Shown: in pieces, positions 58,627-64,000 of the stretch
How positions within the stretch are numbered: the stretch's first letter is position 1
How the letters are laid out: every line of letters starts with the position of its first letter
Origin: a virus
Length of the DNA stretch: 64,000 bases
Strand: one strand, 5' to 3'
IMG/VR virus record: IMGVR_UViG_3300003323_000567
Coordinates: 1 to 64,000 of that record
Notes under the pieces: generated by a model
Databases searched by the model: none
What the model saw: the letters and a program-made list of their open reading frames with translations, nothing else
Told to the model about the DNA's origin: nothing
Program-made: the position numbers and the translations under genes

Positions 58627-58975
58627 GTTTCGTATTTGATTTTTCGATTAAAGAATTAGCCCTTTCGATGCTTTGAGACATAGCTTTTCTTGCCTCTTGT
58701 ACCTTTTGCTGCTTATTGGTAAGGCTCAGACCTGTACTTTTGAAAGGACTGTACATTGCAAGATCATATCTTCCTTCTCCTCCAACTCTGTAGGTATAGG
58801 TTTGACCTGTATCCCAGCAAACACTAACCCAGCCATCATCAGGTTCACTTGCAATAGTGCCTATGCCCCCCTTTCCTCCATCCTGATTACCCCACTCCCA
58901 TCCAGGGCCTCTTACAACCCTCAGCCCAGGGGCAGCTAGATCTTCATTCACAATAATTTGGTTCATAGTTGCCAT
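58547..58975 (-). CDS. MIB/HERC2 (Mib_herc2) domain protein
   Basis: GLRVVRGPGWEWGNQDGGKGGIGTI...VSVCWDTGQTYTYRVGGEGRYDL matches the Mind-bomb/HERC2 domain consensus. Confidence 0.85.
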   Translation of the reverse strand: MATMNQIIVNEDLAAPGLRVVRGPGWEWGNQDGGKGGIGTIASEPDDGWVSVCWDTGQTYTYRVGGEGRYDLAMYSPFKSTGLSLTNKQQKVQEARKAMSQSIERANSLIEKSNTKHGNSNTDRTGAIKIRRPVIKIQGTKR

Positions 58976-58978
58976 TTT

Positions 58979-59350
58979 TTAATCTGCTCTTCTCACTTCC
59001 CTTGGGGAAATGTCAAGAAGTTCAGTGTAATTTACATGTGGGTTAAATAAGATCTTCCCGTTCACATGAAATCCTTCCATAATCTCATGTTCGACAGAGA
59101 GTTTAAAGGCTAAGTAGGCAGTCTTTATCACTTCGTCTTCTGTCATATGATCAGATAAGTAGAATTTCCTTCCATGCCAGATCCCAGCAAAACCAGTTTT
59201 TACACAGGGAGCCTCATATGTAATCTGCATAAAGATTCTACCATCTACAGGCTGCTTATTGTCCCTTTCTACTCTGAGCCTGAAGGAAGAATTACCCAAA
59301 CACTTCATCTCAATCCCCCTGCACAAATTTTCTACTTGTTCAAGTGTCAT
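58979..59350 (-). CDS. Conserved phage hypothetical protein
   Basis: WHGRKFYLSDHMTEDEVIKTAY...EHE..E.F...FNPH. Confidence 0.65.
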   Translation of the reverse strand: MTLEQVENLCRGIEMKCLGNSSFRLRVERDNKQPVDGRIFMQITYEAPCVKTGFAGIWHGRKFYLSDHMTEDEVIKTAYLAFKLSVEHEIMEGFHVNGKILFNPHVNYTELLDISPREVRRAD

Positions 59351-59366
59351 TGTGATGCAGTTTAGT

Positions 59367-59505
59367 ACATACCCTCACTACTGTCAATCAAACAGGAGAG
59401 CTCTCCTAACAATGAATTTGCCTCAGTCGAAGCTTTGAGGAACCCATATGTCAAAAAGCTTTGGCGCAAGGGGATAGAAATCCCAAGCCTGTAGTGAGGA
59501 TATGT
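59367..59505 (-). ncRNA. Candidate structured RNA closed by a 15-bp stem
   Basis: ACAUAUCCUCACUAC/GUAGUGAGGGUAUGU (one U-G pair on -) encloses several short hairpins. Intergenic. Confidence 0.5.
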
Positions 59506-59516
59506 AGGTTAATGTT

Positions 59517-59750
59517 TTATTCATCAGGAACTACGAACTCTACTGTATCCCTTTGCCTCAAAATCCTTACTCTGGACGCGTAGTTCCCCCTTCCCTGAGG
59601 GAGTATATCTTTGTTCTTATCACAGAACTCCCCTACTCTCTCAACTGCTCTAGTACCCCCTTGGGCAGTAACTGAAAAGGTTCTTTTAACATCGGCATCT
59701 TCGTCATAAATGTATTGGACGAAGTACTGTTTCTTTGCATTTCTGTCCAT
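59517..59750 (-). CDS. Hypothetical protein
   Basis: 77-aa ORF. Confidence 0.5.
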   Translation of the reverse strand: MDRNAKKQYFVQYIYDEDADVKRTFSVTAQGGTRAVERVGEFCDKNKDILPQGRGNYASRVRILRQRDTVEFVVPDE

Positions 59751-59767
59751 TACTTTTGCTTTTTAGG

Positions 59768-59920
59768 TTAATCCCATGATTCCCCTGCTGCTATACCAGC
59801 TTTTTCAAACTCGATAGCTTTCTCTAGGCACTTATTCATCATCGTCGCATTGTTCTCCTCCTCTTTCTTAACAGCTCTCTCGAACCATTCGAGGGCTTTT
59901 TTCAGGTTTTCTCCAACCAT
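59768..59920 (-). CDS. Small helical protein (50 aa)
   Basis: MVGENLKKALEWFERAVKKEEENNATMMNKCLEKAIEFEKAGIAAGESWD. Confidence 0.5.
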   Translation of the reverse strand: MVGENLKKALEWFERAVKKEEENNATMMNKCLEKAIEFEKAGIAAGESWD

Positions 59921-59949
59921 GTTTAGTGTTTTTAATGTTTAAAAATAAC

Positions 59950-60006
59950 AGATCCCAGTTTTGATTCTAAAGAGTAAGAATTGTTTGTATTTGCTGTATG
60001 GGATCT
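59950..60006 (-). ncRNA. ACAGCAA-array RNA unit 1
   Basis: Stem AGAUCCCA/UGGGAUCU, then U-ACAGCAAA and an internal AUUCU/AGAAU hairpin; followed by GUUA. Confidence 0.8.
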
Positions 60007-60010
60007 TATC

Positions 60011-60068
60011 AGGTCACGACTTTTCCATTACAAGTGGATTGCTTTTAGCTTTTTGCTGTGTGTGACCT
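60011..60068 (-). ncRNA. ACAGCAA-array RNA unit 2 (Thr-UGU anticodon-loop mimic)
   Basis: Stem AGGUCAC/GUGACCU, ACAGCAAA, UCCA-CUUGUAA-UGGA; followed by GAUA. Confidence 0.8.
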
Positions 60069-60072
60069 TATC

Positions 60073-60164
60073 AAGTGCCAATGGAGAATCGAACTCCTTT
60101 AGGTTCCTTCCCACCAGGGCCAGGTCTTTTTTCAGAAGAATTTAATGTTTGCTGTGTGGCACTT
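60073..60164 (-). ncRNA. ACAGCAA-array RNA unit 3 (tRNA-Phe-like, no D arm)
   Basis: Stem AAGUGCCA/UGGCACUU, ACAGCAAA, UCUU-CUGAAAA-AAGA, T arm GGAG-UUCGAUU-CUCC; followed by GAUA. Confidence 0.8.
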
Positions 60165-60168
60165 TATC

Positions 60169-60395
60169 AGGGTTCTCTTTTTTGCTTTTTACGTGTGCTA
60201 CCATTACACCATCTCCAGGTTTGTACCCTTTTGTTTGGGGGCGTCAAGTACCATGGGCCGCCCATGTCCCAGGTATAACTACGGGGAGGGTACTTAACCG
60301 ATTGTCTGGAGAAGGGGATTCGAACCTAAGCAAGTCTGACTTGCCCCTACCACGTCCTCCTGATGGATTTTGCTAATATTTGCTGTAAGAACCCT
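60169..60395 (-). ncRNA. ACAGCAA-array RNA unit 4 (permuted tRNA fold, YrlA-like)
   Basis: Stem AGGGUUCU/AGAACCCU, ACAGCAAA, then T arm, acceptor UCUCCAG/CUGGAGA and D arm GUGU-AAUGGUA-GCAC; followed by GAUA. Confidence 0.8.
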
Positions 60396-60399
60396 TAAC

Positions 60400-60454
60400 G
60401 GGTGACTGTTTTTAACTTATTTGCCAAAAGTTTAATATTTGCTGTAAGTCACCC
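60400..60454 (-). ncRNA. ACAGCAA-array RNA unit 5
   Basis: Stem GGGUGACU/AGUCACCC, ACAGCAAA, AACUU/AAGUU hairpin; followed by GUUA. Confidence 0.8.
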
Positions 60455-60458
60455 TAGC

Positions 60459-60684
60459 AGATGCTGTTTTGTTGCTTTACGCATTCTAGCCATTAAACTA
60501 ACCCCCTGTAATACCTTCCTATTAGCTTTCAGTCCAGTTTGAAGGTAGTCTGTCTTCTTCTCCTGAAATCAGCTTAACCCAGTACAGACACATGAGGTAA
60601 GGAAGATATTGCAGGGGGCGGGGGGATTCGAACACCCCCATCTCGTCCGTGAAAAGGATTGCTAATGTTTGCAGTTCAGCATCT
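60459..60684 (-). ncRNA. ACAGCAA-array RNA unit 6 (permuted tRNA fold, YrlA-like; Glu-UUC loop)
   Basis: Stem AGAUGCUG/CAGCAUCU, ACUGCAAA, UCC-UUUUCAC-GGA, T arm GGGGG-UGUUCGAAU-CCCCC, acceptor CCCCCUG/CAGGGGG, D arm GUUU-AAUGGCUA-GAAU; followed by GCUA. Confidence 0.8.
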
Positions 60685-60688
60685 TAAC

Positions 60689-60838
60689 AGGTAAGTGTTT
60701 CCTATACGGCCTCCAGTACCCCTTAGGGCCTTTGGAACTCCCTTTTTCGCATCAGCCTAATCAAGGGAAATCGTTGTGTCATTTCTGACCTGAACTACCT
60801 TAGGGCCATTATTCGGCTTTAGTTGCTGTTACTTACCT
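60689..60838 (-). ncRNA. ACAGCAA-array RNA unit 7
   Basis: Stem AGGUAAGU/ACUUACCU, ACAGCAAC, multi-hairpin cargo; followed by GUUA. Confidence 0.78.
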
Positions 60839-60842
60839 TAGC

Positions 60843-60895
60843 AGGTGTCAGTATGACTCTAATAAAAATAGAATAGTATTTGCTGTGTGACACCT
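60843..60895 (-). ncRNA. ACAGCAA-array RNA unit 8 (Lys-UUU-like loop)
   Basis: Stem AGGUGUCA/UGACACCU, ACAGCAAA, AUUCUA-UUUUUAU-UAGAGU; followed by GCUA. Confidence 0.8.
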
Positions 60896-60897
60896 TC

Positions 60898-60936
60898 AAA
60901 AAAGAGCAGGGGATCTCAATTTTCACCCCTGCCCTC
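60898..60936 (-). terminator. Terminator-like hairpin between array units 9 and 8
   Basis: GGGCAGGGG-loop-CCCCUGCUC followed by U6. Confidence 0.6.
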
Positions 60937-60984
60937 AAGATCCCTTTAATCGTTCAGTTCTTCCAGAGGCTTTAGAGAGTATAC

Positions 60985-61080
60985 GGGGCACCTTTCGCTT
61001 ATTCTGGATTCCCTTACTAGACACTCAGGATTTGTCATTCTTGATTTTAGACTATAATTATTGTTTGCTGTAGGTGACCC
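60985..61080 (-). ncRNA. ACAGCAA-array RNA unit 9
   Basis: Stem GGGUCACC/GGUGCCCC (one mismatch), U-ACAGCAAA, followed by G. Confidence 0.65.
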
Positions 61081-61081
61081 C

Positions 61082-61228
61082 TTATTTTCCTTCATAATAC
61101 CAGCCTTGTCCAAAGATATTTAAGATGTCTATCAGGGGCATTGCAAGAAGTCTAACGAAGTCTACACGATATCCCTTTGAATCCTTCACGTCTAATCTGT
61201 TTTGGACAATGTAGACGAGATCTGACAT
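61082..61228 (-). CDS. Small hypothetical protein (48 aa)
   Basis: MSDLVYIVQNRLDVKDSKGYRVDFVRLLAMPLIDILNIFGQGWYYEGK, between the TROVE-like gene and the array. Confidence 0.45.
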   Translation of the reverse strand: MSDLVYIVQNRLDVKDSKGYRVDFVRLLAMPLIDILNIFGQGWYYEGK

Positions 61229-61242
61229 GCATGTTATCTCTT

Positions 61243-63039
61243 TCATACTTTAACCAGGTTTAAGATTTCCTGATCCAGAGCTACATCCACAAGCTCTGCT
61301 GCATTTTTGATTCTGGAAGTTAAGAAGGCTACTGTAGAAGCTGAATAGCCACTAAAGTAGTACACGTTTGGAACATCCCCAAATGTCTCGAACTTTGTAC
61401 CGGAATTACCTCTGTAGTACCCATTAGGTATATTCCACAGAGCTATTACAAAATCATTGACATACTCAGGAGTGAACCCAGCATTCCTAAGGGCTAGGCG
61501 AGAAGATTCCACATTTGTTCTACCCAACATGCCAGGATTAAACTCACCATCAGAGATACATAGTATCCCCTTCGGGAAGTGGGTTTCGGGGACTCCTTGG
61601 TTCTTAATCTTGATGAAAAGCTGTATAACACTCTGGAAATCAGTGCTTCCATAATAACTTGCATTATCATTGAACCACTTTTCCACGGGGGTAGATCCTA
61701 CCCATGTATGCATCTTTGCATCAGTATTAAACTCTATCCAGCTATCAGCAAATTCACCCTCTAAGAACTCTGAGAAGTACAGTGCAAGTGCCTTCGCAAT
61801 AGCATTAGAAGACATATTTGTACCAATAGCCTGTGAAGCCATTGAGCCAGAAGTGTCCCTTACAACAATCAATGAGGTGGTATGATCCTCGGATTTGCCT
61901 TTAGCAACGAGGGTCACAAATTGCTTGTTGACAGTTTCCCTTACATGCTCTGGAACCTGGTGCAGTGTCTTATATTTCCCACCATTTCCTTGCCAGAACC
62001 CAAAGTCTTCAAAGAGCTCATGTACATATCCAGTGTACTTTACAGCCTCTGTAGTAGGCTTCTTAACCCATTGTGTGTATTTTTCCTGTAAGCCTTGACG
62101 CTTCAGGAATTTGCTCCTTACAAGGAGTGATAAAGCACGTCCATGAATTTTGCTAAAGTCTATGCGATCCATCTTCTTTTGGGAGATGAGCTTTTGCCAT
62201 TCATGGGCAGTGCCTGAACTTTTTAGCTTCCTGTACTTTTTGTAGCTGCGACCATTTGTGTTATAATACTCCTTATCTGACCCAAACGTGATGGGGCTCT
62301 TACCTTCCATAAAATCCTCCTTAGTTCCAAACAGCAAAGAGCATATCCACTTGGCTACCATGTTGTCAGCTTGTGCTTCCACAGTAGTACATTTTGCATT
62401 TGTCTGGATACTTGGGAGATACTTTTTCACCAATTCACAGGTGTTCTTATCCCCAAGGGCAGATAGTAGGAATTTACCAATTACATCCCAAGGAAGTACT
62501 CTACCATTCCATCCATGATACATCAGGTCAGTTTGGAGCATTGTAATAATGTCCTTCCATGATCCGAGTATCGGAATTATCCAAAGGTTCTCAACAAAAG
62601 CCTGACGATCTTTATGAGACAGCCATAGCAACCTCATTATACCTTCATGCTTAAGCTCAGCACCCCTTTGGGTAATGGAGGTAGTTCTACCTAAAAAGTC
62701 AGTTGGTCTTGTAATTGTACGTATGTAGAAGGCCATTTTAACTGCCTTCAGTGGGTCTTCAGCCCATAAAGCCTCACAGTCCCTTGCTATTTCAGCAAAG
62801 GTTCTGGGTTTCTTATATTCACCCAATTTGCCAAACTGGTCCACAAAGGAATTTCCTGTTGTAGAATATTTAAGGGCATTGTTCCCAGAACGGGTCTCTG
62901 CTGCCTTTTTAAGCCCAGCCTGAACAAAAGCTTGGTTTTTCTGAGCTTCTAAAGTACCATCAAGTACTTTATTAACTCCAGATGTCTTTCTGCTCCCCGA
63001 ACGTGGGGAGAATAATTGAGTCTTTTTGCTGTCAAACAT
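61243..63039 (-). CDS. Ro60/TROVE-like helical + vWA protein (DUF2828-like)
   Basis: N-terminal SGNNALKYSTTGN...VDQF, helical body (GSWKDI, KKYLP, YKKYRK), and C-terminal vWA with VRDTSGSM MIDAS, STDF, ISDGEFN, LWN and SGYS. Confidence 0.8.
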   Translation of the reverse strand: MFDSKKTQLFSPRSGSRKTSGVNKVLDGTLEAQKNQAFVQAGLKKAAETRSGNNALKYSTTGNSFVDQFGKLGEYKKPRTFAEIARDCEALWAEDPLKAVKMAFYIRTITRPTDFLGRTTSITQRGAELKHEGIMRLLWLSHKDRQAFVENLWIIPILGSWKDIITMLQTDLMYHGWNGRVLPWDVIGKFLLSALGDKNTCELVKKYLPSIQTNAKCTTVEAQADNMVAKWICSLLFGTKEDFMEGKSPITFGSDKEYYNTNGRSYKKYRKLKSSGTAHEWQKLISQKKMDRIDFSKIHGRALSLLVRSKFLKRQGLQEKYTQWVKKPTTEAVKYTGYVHELFEDFGFWQGNGGKYKTLHQVPEHVRETVNKQFVTLVAKGKSEDHTTSLIVVRDTSGSMASQAIGTNMSSNAIAKALALYFSEFLEGEFADSWIEFNTDAKMHTWVGSTPVEKWFNDNASYYGSTDFQSVIQLFIKIKNQGVPETHFPKGILCISDGEFNPGMLGRTNVESSRLALRNAGFTPEYVNDFVIALWNIPNGYYRGNSGTKFETFGDVPNVYYFSGYSASTVAFLTSRIKNAAELVDVALDQEILNLVKV

Positions 63040-63048
63040 CTTCTTGGT

Positions 63049-63375
63049 TTAAAATGTCCCCAAAGTTAGGGAAACTGTTGGAATTCCTTCCAAAGATTCT
63101 TTGGCCAATCGAGATAGGCGATTTATTTCATCAGCAGGGTATCTTGAGGACATGCCTCCCCAATCCTCTATAACGTTTATATTATAACTTCTTTGATTAG
63201 GAGGAGTACCAATACTGAGCTTGTGCGAAGATACCTGTACATAGGTATCAGGAAACATTCTCATTAATGCCTGCTGAAGAACACATCCCCTTTTTCCTGT
63301 ACCGGCTCTAAAGCCATTGGGAGCATCCCTGAAATCCTCAGGGATGATCTCCACTTCTAATACATTGCTGCCCAT
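63049..63375 (-). CDS. Hypothetical protein
   Basis: 108-aa ORF. Confidence 0.55.
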   Translation of the reverse strand: MGSNVLEVEIIPEDFRDAPNGFRAGTGKRGCVLQQALMRMFPDTYVQVSSHKLSIGTPPNQRSYNINVIEDWGGMSSRYPADEINRLSRLAKESLEGIPTVSLTLGTF

Positions 63376-63683
63376 ACCTTTTGCATTTCAGCTTGCTTAA
63401 TGCGATCTTCTTCCTTCTCTTTGAGAAGCTCTGTAAGGTCAGGTTCTCCTGCCTTCAGAACTACTGTGAAGTGCCCGGGCACAAAGGTCACTCCAGGAAT
63501 CTCTTCGAATTGCACTACGTTATAAAGTGTACAGCATACCCTCTCCTGTCCTGTCCAGCTTACTGTGAGATTTGAGGGTGCATCCGGGTATACATGCCTT
63601 ACTATCCTAGCTCCTCTTTCCCAGAAAGCAGCATTTACCAACGTATACCTTTCTCTCAGTTGAACAATGTCTCCCTTTTTCAT
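63357..63683 (-). CDS. Hypothetical protein
   Basis: 108-aa ORF. Confidence 0.55.
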   Translation of the reverse strand: MKKGDIVQLRERYTLVNAAFWERGARIVRHVYPDAPSNLTVSWTGQERVCCTLYNVVQFEEIPGVTFVPGHFTVVLKAGEPDLTELLKEKEEDRIKQAEMQKVWAAMY

Positions 63684-63715
63684 AATTGATTGATTTTGAG
63701 TGTGTTTTGATAAAT

Positions 63716-64000
63716 TTAGGCTGATCTTCTATGATCAGTAATAAGAATATCCCTAAGGGACATGAGAGATGATATAGTGCCAAAAGATAATGGGTAATAA
63801 TCCCTTATATTAATCCCCACATCAATGCTCTTCCCCCAAGGGACTTTATCAAGGGTTCCATGAGAATGCCCATGTATGTTCCAAGACCCATGAGGGGAAT
63901 TTGGCCATGCATACATTCTGCAGTGATTCAGAATGATCTTTTGCCCATCTATAACAATGGTCAGCTGTTCTCCATGGTAGATACCACATCTATGATACAA
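63716..64000 (-). CDS. Calcineurin-like metallophosphoesterase (C-terminal part; truncated by the window)
   Basis: ILNHC...W...IHGHSHG...IDVG...YPLS. Confidence 0.75.
   Translation of the reverse strand: MYHRCGIYHGEQLTIVIDGQKIILNHCRMYAWPNSPHGSWNIHGHSHGTLDKVPWGKSIDVGINIRDYYPLSFGTISSLMSLRDILITDHRRSA

Noticed and set aside
60075-60376. + strand ORFs 60075-60278 and 60149-60376
   Set aside because: They are antisense to the structured RNA array in a region where all genes are on -, and have no recognisable protein features.
59946-61080. CRISPR array interpretation of the repeated TTTGCTGT motif
   Set aside because: The shared sequence is only ~7-8 nt, unit lengths vary from 53 to 227 nt, the flanking stems differ per unit, and no cas genes are present.
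1-64000. Stop-codon reassignment as in some crAss-like phages
   Set aside because: Long genes are intact in the standard code, TAA, TAG and TGA all end genes, and no suppressor tRNA was seen.

Overview
This window is part of a Crassvirales-like (crAss-like) phage genome, probably infecting a Bacteroidota host and read in the standard genetic code. The + strand (1-24.4 kb) carries a giant virion RNA polymerase (DFDID motif), a second giant virion protein, a tail-fibre-like protein, a glycosyltransferase/methyltransferase cluster flanked by poly-Thr-tailed proteins, and lysis-type membrane genes. The - strand (24.5-64 kb) carries RecA, exonuclease, resolvase, a complete Ubl-E2-JAB-E1 ubiquitin-like gene set, UDG, primase, helicase, PolB, NAD-salvage genes and many small early genes. 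The main discovery is downstream of a Ro60/TROVE-like vWA protein (DUF2828-like, 61243-63039): a tandem array of 9 small structured RNAs (59950-61080, - strand). Each has a different 7-8 bp terminal stem and a conserved ACAGCAA motif. Eight of them abut through exact 4-nt G(A/C/U)UA linkers. Their variable cargo includes anticodon-loop mimics and circularly permuted, YrlA-like tRNA folds. Other tRNA-derived oddities lie nearby: a permuted tRNA enclosing a 403-nt insert with an ORF, an anticodon-less mini-tRNA and degenerate tRNAs. Family names come from motif recognition by eye, not from database searches.
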